DNA of 62,864 nt from Candidatus Hydrogenedentota bacterium (GTDB lineage: Bacteria; Hydrogenedentota; Hydrogenedentia; Hydrogenedentales; SLHB01): positions 1 through 62,864 of the forward strand of contig JAWXCN010000014.1 in assembly GCA_034408725.1 (NCBI GenBank), given 5' to 3'. This document shows, piece by piece, positions 29,811 to 40,531 of this stretch (position 1 is the stretch's first letter; every line of letters starts with the position of its first letter). The position numbers and the translations under genes are program-made. The notes beneath the pieces are model-generated. The model did no database searches and had not been told where the DNA came from. It saw only the letters and a program-made list of their open reading frames with translations.

Positions 29811-30626
29811 TCATACGCCGGCATACGCGGAAAATCCTCCGTCCACTGAAACGATAGTGCCTGTCACAAAACGCGACGCATCCGACGCAAGCCATACCGC
29901 GGTTCCCGCAAGGTCCCCGCTATTTCCAAACGCGCCCATCGGTGTATGGTTAATTATCTGCTTCCCGCGCTCAGTGAGCTCGCTCGTGCCGTTTATGGTC
30001 AGCAAAAATTCGTTCTGCTGCGTCAGGAAAAATCCCGGCGCGATTGCGTTCACCCGTATCGTAGACTTGCATTCCCGCGCAAGGTACACGGCAAACCATT
30101 TCGTAAAATTATCCACCGCGGCTTTCGCAGCGCTATAACCAACGATGCGCGTCAGCGGAACGGCTGCCGTCATTGATGAAATATTGATGATCGACCCGCC
30201 TTCGGGATTGGAGAGCATGCGCTTGCCGAAAACCTGACAAGGCCGCACAATTGCATGAAGAAAATTCAGGTCCATTACTTTCTTCAGAGATTCCGTCGAA
30301 ATATCAAAGAACGGATTGTCGGCCGAAGTTGTCGCTTCCTTAAGATTTCCCCCGACGCAATTGACCAACGTATCGACTTTTCCAAAATCCGCGTAAATGG
30401 AATCGCACAGTTTTTCTAACGCACCGGATTGAAGGATATCCAGTTCATATCCCGCGACGTGACCACAGATGTCCCGAAGCTGCCCAGCGACTGCCGTCGC
30501 CTTGGCCAGCGTGGAATTTGTAATGGCGACCTGGGCCCCCGCCTTTAACAGGCCGCACGAGATTGCGCTGCCAAGCGCGCCGCCGCCGCCCAGAATAACA
30601 GCCACCTTTCCCGTCAAATCGAACAT
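29811..30626 (-). CDS. SDR, D-mannonate oxidoreductase (UxuB) / gluconate dehydrogenase-like
   Basis: GGGGALG, NCVGGN, PLTRIVGYSAAKAAVDNFT, RVNAIAPGFFLTQQN, VDGGFSAYAGV. Confidence 0.8.
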   Translation of the reverse strand: MFDLTGKVAVILGGGGALGSAISCGLLKAGAQVAITNSTLAKATAVAGQLRDICGHVAGYELDILQSGALEKLCDSIYADFGKVDTLVNCVGGNLKEATTSADNPFFDISTESLKKVMDLNFLHAIVRPCQVFGKRMLSNPEGGSIINISSMTAAVPLTRIVGYSAAKAAVDNFTKWFAVYLARECKSTIRVNAIAPGFFLTQQNEFLLTINGTSELTERGKQIINHTPMGAFGNSGDLAGTAVWLASDASRFVTGTIVSVDGGFSAYAGV

Positions 30627-30931
30627 CCCATTGCCTTCAGACACAGACTCTGCTCCTTCGGGAGAAAAACGCGGATTTTGCACCCATCGCGCAAACTTGA
30701 ACGGTACCATACGATAGCGAAGTCTTCAAGAATACTGGCGATTTTCGCAAAATTCGCTTAGAATTCCACGACACAAGTGAGAAGCCGTCAGGCAGCGTCA
30801 CCATCAGTAGCGCCGCCATCGCCGAGGGCTGCGAGGTTTCGGAGCGCGCGATAGACCAGCTACCCGCGCCAGGTTACCGCAGCGTTTTTCGATAGACCTT
30901 TGCACAAATGGAAAAAGTGGGGGAGACGCGC

Positions 30932-32407
30932 ATGCACGCTGTAAGTCGACGCGATTTTCTTGGAACGATTGCCGCGGGTCTGGTCTACGCGCACCGTGCG
31001 CCCGCACAGGCACCCACCCGAAAATTAAACGTGCTGCACATCCTCTCCGACGACCTCTGCTGCCGGCTCGGGTGCTACGGCGATCCGATGGCAAAGACGC
31101 CCAATCTAGATCGGTTGGCAGCCCGCGGCGTTCGCTTCGATCGCGCGTATTGCCAATATCCATTGTGCAACCCCAGCCGCGCGTCAATCATGACCGGGCT
31201 CCGGCCAGACACGACCAAGGTCTTCGACAACCAGGTCTATTTCCGCGATGTCGTGCCCGATGTAGTGACGATTCCCCAAAGTTTCAAGAAAGCCGGTTAC
31301 AACGTGGCGCGTGTTGGCAAAATCTATCACTACGGCGTGCCCAGTCAAATCGGCACGGATGGTTTGGATGACGCCGTGTCGTGGGAAAAAGTGGTGAACC
31401 CCAAGGGCCGCGACATCGACGACATTGGCATCGTCGAAGTTCTCGCGCTTGATGCGGACGGAAAAGCAACAACGGTAACAGGCAAAGAACTCAAGGACAC
31501 AGGTGGCACCTTGAGCTGGCTCGCAGCGGAGGGCGCCGATTCGGACCAAACCGACGGGCTTGGCGCAGCCGCAGCGATTCGTATGTTGGAGGAGCGGGCC
31601 GCGGACTCCAAACCGTTTTATCTCGCGGTGGGATTCTACCGGCCGCACACGCCGTTCATAGCGCCGAAGGCCTACTTTGATCAGTACCCGCGCGACCGGA
31701 TCACGTTGCCAACAGTTCCGCCAAATCTAAAAGAATTGTTTCCCGCGCCTGCCCTCGCAACACAACGTCCCGCTCAGACGACAATGAGCGATGATCTCCG
31801 CCGCACGGCGATCCAGGCGTACTACGCATCGGTATCGTTCATGGACGCGCAGGTCGGCCTCCTGCTCGACGCGCTTGAACGGCTTCAACTCGATGACGAT
31901 ACGATCGTCGTGTTTAACAGCGATCACGGATACCACCTCGGCGAAAAAGACCTCTGGCAGAAACAAAGCATCTTCGAGGAATCCGCGCGCGTGCCACTCA
32001 TCATCTCCGTTCCCGGCAACGCGGCAAACGGCAAAGCCAGTGCGCGCCCCGTCGAACTGGTGTCGCTACACATGACCCTCACCGATCTCTGCGGCATCGA
32101 AGTCGACAGCAAGACGCAGGGACACAGCATGCGCCCGCTAGTTGAAAATCCCGAGGCAGAGTGGAAACACGCCGCGTATTCACAGGTCGAGCGCCGTCCA
32201 CCCAAAAACGACCCGAGCCCTCCAGTTATGGGCCGCAGCGTCCGCACCAACCGCTGGCGCTACACCGAATGGAACGAAGGCGCCGCGGGGGTCGAGTTGT
32301 ACGACCACAATACGGATCCGGAGGAAATGCGCAATTTGGCAAATGATACTCAGTATAAGAGCGTCGTCGAAGAGCTGAAAACACTTTTGCACCGTCGCGG
32401 GAAATGA
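30932..32407 (+). CDS. Tat-exported sulfatase (iduronate-2-sulfatase-like)
   Basis: SRRDFL Tat motif; CNPSRAS formylglycine motif; GFYRPHTP; SDHGYHLGE. Confidence 0.92.
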   Translation: MHAVSRRDFLGTIAAGLVYAHRAPAQAPTRKLNVLHILSDDLCCRLGCYGDPMAKTPNLDRLAARGVRFDRAYCQYPLCNPSRASIMTGLRPDTTKVFDNQVYFRDVVPDVVTIPQSFKKAGYNVARVGKIYHYGVPSQIGTDGLDDAVSWEKVVNPKGRDIDDIGIVEVLALDADGKATTVTGKELKDTGGTLSWLAAEGADSDQTDGLGAAAAIRMLEERAADSKPFYLAVGFYRPHTPFIAPKAYFDQYPRDRITLPTVPPNLKELFPAPALATQRPAQTTMSDDLRRTAIQAYYASVSFMDAQVGLLLDALERLQLDDDTIVVFNSDHGYHLGEKDLWQKQSIFEESARVPLIISVPGNAANGKASARPVELVSLHMTLTDLCGIEVDSKTQGHSMRPLVENPEAEWKHAAYSQVERRPPKNDPSPPVMGRSVRTNRWRYTEWNEGAAGVELYDHNTDPEEMRNLANDTQYKSVVEELKTLLHRRGK

Positions 32408-32579
32408 GAATTTTCGTCGAGGCCTAATCAGGCGACGTGGAAATACGTAGCCACGGAGGATTTGGACGAGGTATTGGTGGGTGTGGATATAATTTCTTTG
32501 AAAGGAAAATTTCCCCCATACGGGTGCGACGATTACCTCGTAGGAACCTAACGCAATCCGTAGTCTGTCCCTGAAATCC

Positions 32580-32939
32580 TTCATTGTATACCTCGAAGAC
32601 ATCGACGAAGCCGGCGTTGTTTATTACGTGACCGAAGGCGAACTGCGCTGCCTTTGCCGCAAAATCAGCAGCGACCCACAAGAGTATGTCAACGTGGTCC
32701 CGTACCATTCGTATCTCCGGAATGATGCCGAACCGATCGCGCCGGGTGAAGTCACGGAGTTGTATTTTGACCTGCTACCCACGTCCTACCTGTTCAAGAA
32801 AGGCCACTCCATACGAATCGCAATCGCCGGCGCGGACAAAGACCACTTCCATCCACCCAATTTCCCGCCCGCGCCGGTAACCTATCTCCGCGATGCCGAA
32901 CACGATTCTCATGTGGTGCTGCCAATTGTGAAAATGTAG
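32580..32939 (+). pseudogene. C-terminal fragment of a CocE/NonD family hydrolase
   Basis: FIVYLEDIDEAG...YVTEGELR...PTSYLFKKGHSIRIAIAGAD...VVLP; no N-terminal catalytic domain upstream. Confidence 0.75.
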
Positions 32940-34239
32940 CGCTGAATTTCGATTCTGCGCGCGGTGCGGGATGTGACGACGACAGAACCCACTCCAAAGT
33001 AAAACGTTCTTTTACTTAGTTGCCCATCGCGTTGCACTTTGTACCGTTGTTAATGCGGGCAAGCACCCGCGTTGTGAGCGTAGACTGAGAGGACGTAATG
33101 GACTTGATGGACGTAATGGATGATCGATACCTTCTGGTGAGGGGGTGTCGTGTTGTGTTTTTGACGGTTCAAGGGGGTGCGGACCGGGGTATAGAGTCGC
33201 CGCAGGGATGGGCGGATCTCGCGCGTAATCGAGACAAGGGCATGGTGACGTTCGGGTTATCGACGGCGGATTCGGACGAATTTGGGCTTGAGTCCCTTGG
33301 GGCAGGGGTGGAGGGGCGCAGGCGACCCAGAGAGAGTGGAGGGGATGCCGTCGGGGAGACAGGCTCCGCAAAATGCGATGGTTGTGTTGGGCTTGGGTTT
33401 CTATCATGTTGGAGACTTGTTCATCGGGGCGGGAGCAGGTGCAGGGGTGCCGAGTGTGGTTTGGGTGGTCATGGCAAGGATGTACTGTTGGTCGAAGTGT
33501 TATCCTATAGATAGGGCGAGGCGTTGCACTGCAAGAACGGAAGCTACAACCTAAAACGTGGTTTGTCCGCGGATTCACGCAGATGAGCGGAGATTGGGAA
33601 TCCCGGGGTTCATGTGGGTCGGAAGATTTGCCGAAAAATGAGCCGCTATGTCGATTCCGGATCGATGCTCATTGTGAAGCCACGAAAAATCCGCCACCGC
33701 ATCGATTCCGCGCAGGATGTGATCACCGAGTACCCAACGGACACTCGATTGACAACTCGCCCTGACCCGCCCTCGCTGTGTCTGCTTTAGGCTATCACCG
33801 TTTCTAAATCGTGGTCTGTGGAGCTGTTGAAATACACAAATCCGCCGCAGTTGCAAACAAATCAACCTTCTGTGTTGACTCACAAGCCACGATCACAATT
33901 GGAGACGACTCCTATATCGGTCCATTTTTAGTTTCTCCGAATTTTTTCAACAGCTTCTCTGTCCCAAATTCCACTTCGCAATTACCGTTTCTAATTAATA
34001 GTCCGTCCCAATTCCACCTTGCAAAGGACGAGCAGCACAAAAGCACAGTTGCAGAACTACAAAAATTATTACGCGCTGGCGGATTAGACTACGAATTTCC
34101 TTGCTTTTTCGCACGATTCCCCTTACTCTGTTTTCATGAGCCGCGTTGCGGGAAGCGGTCGCCCCTACGGTCGACAACCGTTTCTCGTCCAACTCGAAAA
34201 CCTCCTTGGGAGTGTTCTACGGCCAAACAGGCGTGGAAG

Positions 34240-34622
34240 AAAGCCAAAACTCGCTGTTGCGTTCGGTGGACGCGGGCCATACGAACGTCGGCCGTGTCGC
34301 GCAGTTTGATGGAAACCCTCGGCGTGAAGGCCGAGCTCATGGACAGCTAGGCAAAGTACGCAGTTATGACGGCAGGCGATGGCGACCTCTTGTATCGTTT
34401 GCTGACCAAGGCACAGCCCGATTACGGCGAAAAGATTTGGGATCACGCCGCCCTCATCATCGAAGTAGCGGGGGGGCTGTGACCGGTCTCACGGGGCAAC
34501 CGCTGGATTTCACGCAGGGACGTTCGCTGGAGAACAACGTGGATATTGTCGCGACCAATTCTCACCTACACAATGTTGCGTTGGCCGCGATCCGATCAGT
34601 TTTTCAAGATGTTTTCGTCTAG
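34240..34622 (+). pseudogene. 3'(2'),5'-bisphosphate nucleotidase (HAL2/inositol monophosphatase family) remnant
   Basis: Across frames: SVDAGH, MDS*AKYAVM (TAG at 34348), EKIWDHAA, then a shift in a G run to GQPLDFTQGRSLENN...LH. Confidence 0.75.
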
Positions 34623-34808
34623 GCCATGCCCGTGCGCTTAAGAAAAACGTCAACATTGTCCGCCTCGTCGGCAAGTGTCGTTGATGCGTCCTTAGTAACT
34701 GTTACCGTCGCACGCCGCACTTTGGCAGTCCCTGAACCTTTCCTCTTGCGGCCTTGCCAAGTTTCATCGCGGTTTTCACTCGCTGGCAGGCTGTAAAGAC
34801 TAATTGCA

Positions 34809-35690
34809 ATGTTGAGACTCTGTGGAGTTAGCAAGACTTACGCTGGCAACGTCGTTGCACTTCAGAACGTTAACCTGGAGATCCCGAATGGCATATTCGG
34901 TCTGCTCGGACCAAACGGCGCGGGGAAGTCGACCCTGATGCGAACGATTGCAACGCTGCAAGAACCGGACGATGGAACTATCCACTTTGACACCATCGAC
35001 GTTCTCAAGGACAAGACGGCCCTCCGAAGAGTGTTGGGCTATCTGCCCCAGGAATTCGGCTCCTATCCCAGAACATCAGCGGAAGCCATGCTTCTGCACT
35101 TTGCCGCGTTGAAAGGCATTCACGGTCATCAACGCAGACAAGTCGTGGAGAGATTGTTGGTACACACCAACCTGTGGAAGGTCCGCAAGCGGAGCGTTGA
35201 CAAATTCTCCGGTGGCATGAAGCGGCGATTCGGCATTGCCCAAGCGCTTCTTGGCAATCCAAGGTTGATCATCGTAGATGAACCCACGGCTGGCCTCGAC
35301 CCGGCCGAAAGGCGCCGGTTTCAGAATCTCCTCGCCGAGGTTGGAGAAGAGCGGGTCATCATTCTATCGACGCACATCGTCGACGACGTGGCAGCCCTTT
35401 GTTCCAGAATCGCCATCCTGGGACGTGGCACAATCCTAGCCGACGGAGAGCCAGCGAAGCTGACCGCAGAACTCAACGGCAAGCTGTGGACCGTGGTCGC
35501 TTCCCAGGCAGACCTAGCCCGCATCCGCGCAGAACAGTATGTCATCTCCACGAGATTCAGGGCGGGCAGAACCGTAGTCCGCATTATCGCGGACGATAAG
35601 CCGGAGGGCGCGACGGCCGCCGTCCCAGAGCTGGAAGACGTTTACTTCCGCGTGCTGATCGATCACGGACTGACCGACAACCTGGAATAG
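34809..35690 (+). CDS. ABC transporter ATP-binding protein
   Basis: GPNGAGKST, FSGGMKRR, IVDEPT, STH. Confidence 0.95.
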   Translation: MLRLCGVSKTYAGNVVALQNVNLEIPNGIFGLLGPNGAGKSTLMRTIATLQEPDDGTIHFDTIDVLKDKTALRRVLGYLPQEFGSYPRTSAEAMLLHFAALKGIHGHQRRQVVERLLVHTNLWKVRKRSVDKFSGGMKRRFGIAQALLGNPRLIIVDEPTAGLDPAERRRFQNLLAEVGEERVIILSTHIVDDVAALCSRIAILGRGTILADGEPAKLTAELNGKLWTVVASQADLARIRAEQYVISTRFRAGRTVVRIIADDKPEGATAAVPELEDVYFRVLIDHGLTDNLE

Positions 35691-35694
35691 TCTC

Positions 35695-38600
35695 ATGCGC
35701 TCTTTTCTGGACGTCGTGAAATTCGAAATCCGTTATCAGCTCATGACCCCTTTCCTATGGGTCGCACTGCTGATCTTCGGTCTTCTCCACTTTTGCACCG
35801 TAACCTCGATCGGCATTCACTTGGACCAGAATCAGCGAATCGACATTAATGGTGTCGCCAAGATTCTCCAGGTGGTTTCCACGCTGAACTATCTTGCGAT
35901 GCTGCCGGTGGTGGTGTTCGTTGCGACTGCCATCACGCGCGACTACGAAAGGTCGCTGGCATCGTTCTTTTTCGTCACGCCGGTCGGCAAACTTCCGTTC
36001 CTGCTGGGTAGATTTACCGCTGTCTTTAGCTTGTCGCTCTTGGCCGGACTGGCCGGATTGTTGGGAACCTGCGTCGGTACGTACATGCCCTGGCTCGACT
36101 CGGATAGGATCGGCGCATACACATGGGGGCCATACGGTTTCGCCCTGCTCGCCATCATCCTGCCCAATCAATTTATCATGTGCGCACTGTTTTTCACGGC
36201 GGCCGCGCTGACACGCTCGATCTCCATGATTGTGGCCGCGGCGACGGCGATTATAGCGCTGGACCTTGTGCTCGTGTTGTACACCGGGCTGGACAATATT
36301 GGTAGCGCGGCGATCGCCGATCCGTTCGCCGCACTTACGATCATCGAGGATACACGCTACTGGACTGTTCCCGAGTTGAACGCGCGGCTGCCGGCCGGAA
36401 TGCTGCTGGAGAACCGCCTGCTGTGGCTGGGAATTGCCTGCTTCGCACTGGTTTTCACATTCAGACGGTTCCGACTCGATCTCGAAGAACGCGGAGGCGC
36501 CAGCAGAAATCGTTTTAGCCGCAGGAATGCAACTAAATCTGCGGCAACGACGCTTCCGCCGCGACGACTCGAAGTAGAAACGAGCTTTCGCCTTCGCGAT
36601 TCGCTCGCTCAATTCGCATCTCAGCTCAAGATGGACGCCGCCAGCGTCTTGAAGAATCGTTTCACGCCTATCCTACTCATTCTCGTCGCGGTCACGACGA
36701 TGCAAGACGCCGCTAACCATACCGAGCCTTTGGGTGGGCTGCCATACTACCCCGTCACCAGTTTGATGTTGGAGCATTTTCGATTTGGCTTGCTTTCGTT
36801 CGTGATGATTGCTGCGATTTATTATTCTGGCGCACTGGTCTATTGCGAGCGGGAGGCCGGCCTCTCGGAGATCGTCGATGCATCAGCCTACGCGGACTGG
36901 ATCATGGTGGCCTCGAAGACTGCTGCTCTCTGCGTGCTCGTCTCCGCCTTACTGGTTACCGCCATGATCGTTACGATTGTCTCCCAGGCACTTGCGGGTT
37001 ACACGAACTTTGAGTTAGCCCTCTTCGTCAACAACCTGATTATCCACAACGGGTTTTACTTCGCGATGTTGTGCGTGCTGGCCGTGTTAATTCAGGTCCT
37101 CGCACCGAACAAGTGGTTGGGTACACTATGGGTGTTTGTCGTGCTGATCGGATTGATGAGCTTGGAAGAGTTTGGCGTGGAACACATCATGGTGCTCTAC
37201 AAGATACCTTACGCGCTTCACTCCGAAATGAACGGCTACGGACCGGCGGGTGCGCAGATTCTTCCCCTGATTGCGTACTGGAGCCCATTCTGTGTGCTGC
37301 TCATCTTGTTGGGGCACCTCACCTACCCGCGCGGTTTGCATGCATCCATGCGGAAACGATTCCGGGATGCCCGATTCAGAATCAATAGCAGTATCGCTGC
37401 GATCGTCTTGATCGCGTCATTTGCCTTCCTGACCGCCGGTGCTTGGATCTTCTACAACACGAATATTCTCAACCAATATCAGACGACTGAACAGCATCTA
37501 CAGCTTTTGGCGGAATACGAGAGAAAGTACGCGCAGTACCAGAAGTCTCCCTCTCCTTCGTTTAAGCAGATCGACATGCAGGTGGATATTTATCCCGAGG
37601 AGCGTCGGCTGGAATCACGCGGGGCCGCAGTGTTACGCAACAACAAGGACCATGCGATCCACCAGTTCGTCGTCTCGGTTGATCCACGGATGGCAGTGAA
37701 GCGACTCGACGTGAGCTCCGCGACGTTGAAGACCTCAGATCCGCAGCTCGGATTCTATTTGCTCGCGTTAACACCACCTCTCGAACCAGGAGGAACGGTG
37801 GCGTTGGACTGGGAGTTGCAGCGGGCGAATCGAGGTTTCGTCAACAGCAACCACGACTACCGAGTTGTAGCCAACGGAACGTACATCCCAAACGGCGTCA
37901 CCATTCCTATACCCGGCTTTGACGCAGAACGATTTATCACTGACGATGCCTGGCGCAAACGACGGGGTCTCAATCCGGCCGCCGGATTGCCCGACATGGG
38001 AGATCCTGACTCCATCGGCATCCTCAAGTTTGGAGTAGACGGCCGCTGCGACTTTCGAGCCGTCGTCAGCACATCCGCCGACCAGATTGCCGTGACCCAG
38101 GGGGAATTACATCGCGAGTGGCTGAAAGACGGACGGCGTTATTTCGAATACGTCGCCGAACGGCCCATATGGCCGGCAGTTTCGTTTGCGTCGGCGCGGT
38201 ACGAGGTGGCGAGGGACGCCTGGAACGACGTAAACCTTGAGATTTACCACGACGAGAAGCATGGCCAGAACATTGACGCGATGCTGAAGACGATCAAACT
38301 GACTCTGGATTACCAGACGAGAGAGTTCGCCCCCTATCCCCACAAGACTTTCAGAATCGTGGAGCATCCACGCTACGACGAAGCCGCCAAGTCCCCCTCC
38401 GGTACTGCGGACTATCCCGAGGTGCTCGGTTTCTTGACCGATAATTCGGGCTGGAACGGTTTGGATTTTGCGACGGTCCACGAGCTCTCTCACCAATGGT
38501 GGGGCGGTTTGGCCTATGGTGCGCGGATGCGGGGACGACAAATGCTAAACGAGAGTCTCGCCCAGTATTCCACCTTGATGATCTTCAAGGAACGCTTCGG

Positions 38601-39258
38601 CGACCACGTTGCTGGGCGAGTCGCACGATCCTTCCAAGACTTATATCTCAGAAGTCGAAGCGCCGAAACTGGCGTTGAGCACCCCCTGATTCACACCGAC
38701 GACCAGGGTTACATCAGCTACGGGAAGGGGCCACTCGCATTTTACGCTTTGCAGGACGCAATCGGCGAAAATCGCGTGAACCTGGCACTCAGAAGCTATC
38801 TCGACAAGTTCGCGTTTCAGGAACCCCCGTTTCCCACCTCGCGCGACGTTGTCAATGAACTCCGAGCCGTCGCCGATGAAGAGCATCAGCCACTCATCAC
38901 CGATCTCTTCGAGAAGATCGTACTGTACGAATTCCGGGTCGACAAGGTCGACGTCGAGCAATCCGGCGATGTCTACGATGTATCAATCGCCATAGCAGCC
39001 TGGAAATTCGAGGCAGACGGGCTGGGTCAAGAGACGGAAGTGCCTCTCAGTGCTAATGTCGATGTCGCGATTTTTTCTCACCCCTTTGATCACGATGGGA
39101 ATCGGCAGCCCTTCGTTCTAAACAAGCACCACGTCATAACCGGCGTTCAAACGATCACGCTACAGGTGGCCAAGCCGCCCGCAGCCGTCGTAATTGATCC
39201 CTGGTACAAGCTGATTGACAGAACTCCGAAGAACAATTCTATGAAGATCGAATTCTGA
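35695..39258 (+). CDS. ABC-2 permease fused to an M1-family aminopeptidase
   Basis: Two blocks of TM helices followed by HELSHQWWG...LNESLAQY and YGKG (HEXXH-X18-E). Confidence 0.9.
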   Translation: MRSFLDVVKFEIRYQLMTPFLWVALLIFGLLHFCTVTSIGIHLDQNQRIDINGVAKILQVVSTLNYLAMLPVVVFVATAITRDYERSLASFFFVTPVGKLPFLLGRFTAVFSLSLLAGLAGLLGTCVGTYMPWLDSDRIGAYTWGPYGFALLAIILPNQFIMCALFFTAAALTRSISMIVAAATAIIALDLVLVLYTGLDNIGSAAIADPFAALTIIEDTRYWTVPELNARLPAGMLLENRLLWLGIACFALVFTFRRFRLDLEERGGASRNRFSRRNATKSAATTLPPRRLEVETSFRLRDSLAQFASQLKMDAASVLKNRFTPILLILVAVTTMQDAANHTEPLGGLPYYPVTSLMLEHFRFGLLSFVMIAAIYYSGALVYCEREAGLSEIVDASAYADWIMVASKTAALCVLVSALLVTAMIVTIVSQALAGYTNFELALFVNNLIIHNGFYFAMLCVLAVLIQVLAPNKWLGTLWVFVVLIGLMSLEEFGVEHIMVLYKIPYALHSEMNGYGPAGAQILPLIAYWSPFCVLLILLGHLTYPRGLHASMRKRFRDARFRINSSIAAIVLIASFAFLTAGAWIFYNTNILNQYQTTEQHLQLLAEYERKYAQYQKSPSPSFKQIDMQVDIYPEERRLESRGAAVLRNNKDHAIHQFVVSVDPRMAVKRLDVSSATLKTSDPQLGFYLLALTPPLEPGGTVALDWELQRANRGFVNSNHDYRVVANGTYIPNGVTIPIPGFDAERFITDDAWRKRRGLNPAAGLPDMGDPDSIGILKFGVDGRCDFRAVVSTSADQIAVTQGELHREWLKDGRRYFEYVAERPIWPAVSFASARYEVARDAWNDVNLEIYHDEKHGQNIDAMLKTIKLTLDYQTREFAPYPHKTFRIVEHPRYDEAAKSPSGTADYPEVLGFLTDNSGWNGLDFATVHELSHQWWGGLAYGARMRGRQMLNESLAQYSTLMIFKERFGDHVAGRVARSFQDLYLRSRSAETGVEHPLIHTDDQGYISYGKGPLAFYALQDAIGENRVNLALRSYLDKFAFQEPPFPTSRDVVNELRAVADEEHQPLITDLFEKIVLYEFRVDKVDVEQSGDVYDVSIAIAAWKFEADGLGQETEVPLSANVDVAIFSHPFDHDGNRQPFVLNKHHVITGVQTITLQVAKPPAAVVIDPWYKLIDRTPKNNSMKIEF

Positions 39259-39385
39259 TCTGCTGAATCTACACAACAGGCCTCGAGGCAGCTAAGGCCG
39301 CGCGCACAATACTTCCATGGTGACGCTTAGAGGCAACAAAAGACGCGGAAGATACGGTGAAGTAGCTTCCGCGAAACTTCGATAC

Positions 39386-39770
39386 TCATTTACAGGTTAT
39401 TAAACTTAAGTGTGCGCTTGCGGTCTGCTCGGTCGAACGTTCCTTGGCGCGGACGCGCGCGGATTTACCGGAACGTTCGCGGAGGTAGGAGAGCTTCGCG
39501 CGGCGGGCGTGGGCTTCGCGCGTCACTTCGAACTTTTCGATGCGCGGCGAGTGCAGTGGGAACACGCGCTCTGACGCCTTCGCCGAACGCGACGCAGCGC
39601 ACGGTGAAACGGCCTTCTGCGCTTTCGCCGCCTTTGCGTCCGATGACGACGCCTTCGTATACCTGCACGCATTCCTTCTCGCCTTCCACGAAACGGAAGT
39701 GTACGCGCACGGTATCGCCGATATTGAACTTCGGCAGTTTGTCGGCCGGTTTAAGTTGGGAGGATTCAGT
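39386..39770 (-). pseudogene. rplS: Degenerate copy of ribosomal protein L19
   Basis: [14 protein letters not shown]...QVYEGVVIG...FTVR..AFGEGV, a +1 base, then [13 protein letters not shown]...[17 protein letters not shown]; no start codon or RBS seen. Confidence 0.88.
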
Positions 39771-40531
39771 GGAGAAATCAGGTGGAGGATTCGAATTTCC
39801 GGGACAGAACAGACTACGAATTAGTTTAATTCCACAGGAGGCTCACCAGGGACCAGCTATCTGTCGGCCACAAGTCTGGCACAGCCAGTGTGGGACACGC
39901 CAACGTCGCAATTCGTGCGTGTCGTCATCTCACCGCCACCAACGGACCGGCATATCCCAACTTTCATCCGCGTGCATCCGCACCAGTTACCATCAAATCG
40001 CATTTCCCCGAGTGCAACGCACTGGCTCTGGTATGTAAGGGAGGACACCGACCATACACCCGCACAACAACACCCAGCCACCACGACCACGACACATTAG
40101 CCACAATCCAAACCAAAACGTCAATCCCAGATGTTTACAACGAAAAAATCGATACACCCACCCGCCGTTCCGTCAACACCCCCCCTCGTCTCCCAAAAAG
40201 TGCCAACACCCTCCCAACACGGTTCCCGCTCGCTAGACTCGCGAATTTTTTCCCGTAATTTCGTCGTGACTTTGTGCCCTCCCTCGCTAATTGGACCCGG
40301 TCGTAGATTAAACACGGGCGTTTCGTGTGACTACAGTCTGTCGTCACCGCCAGGGTGCAACGCGCCACTCTAAATAATGGGGGTCGTAAACCGCACACTT
40401 TTTCGCGTGCGCGCTTCCCGAATGAAATATGGTAGCGAGGACAATGTTTCGGCAAATTTCGTTCCGCTGCGCACCGGTGCTTCCCTTGCCGGTTTACCCC
40501 TGCGCGTCGAACAGAACAATTCAGTGCGATG

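Noticed and set aside
33012-33578. ORFs 33012-33578 (-) and 33098-33514 (+)
   Set aside because: Compositionally skewed, low-complexity DNA with a short GGACGTAATGGA repeat and no protein motifs.
33600-34000. Possible AT-richer gene remnant on the minus strand
   Set aside because: Interrupted by stops, and no family could be assigned.
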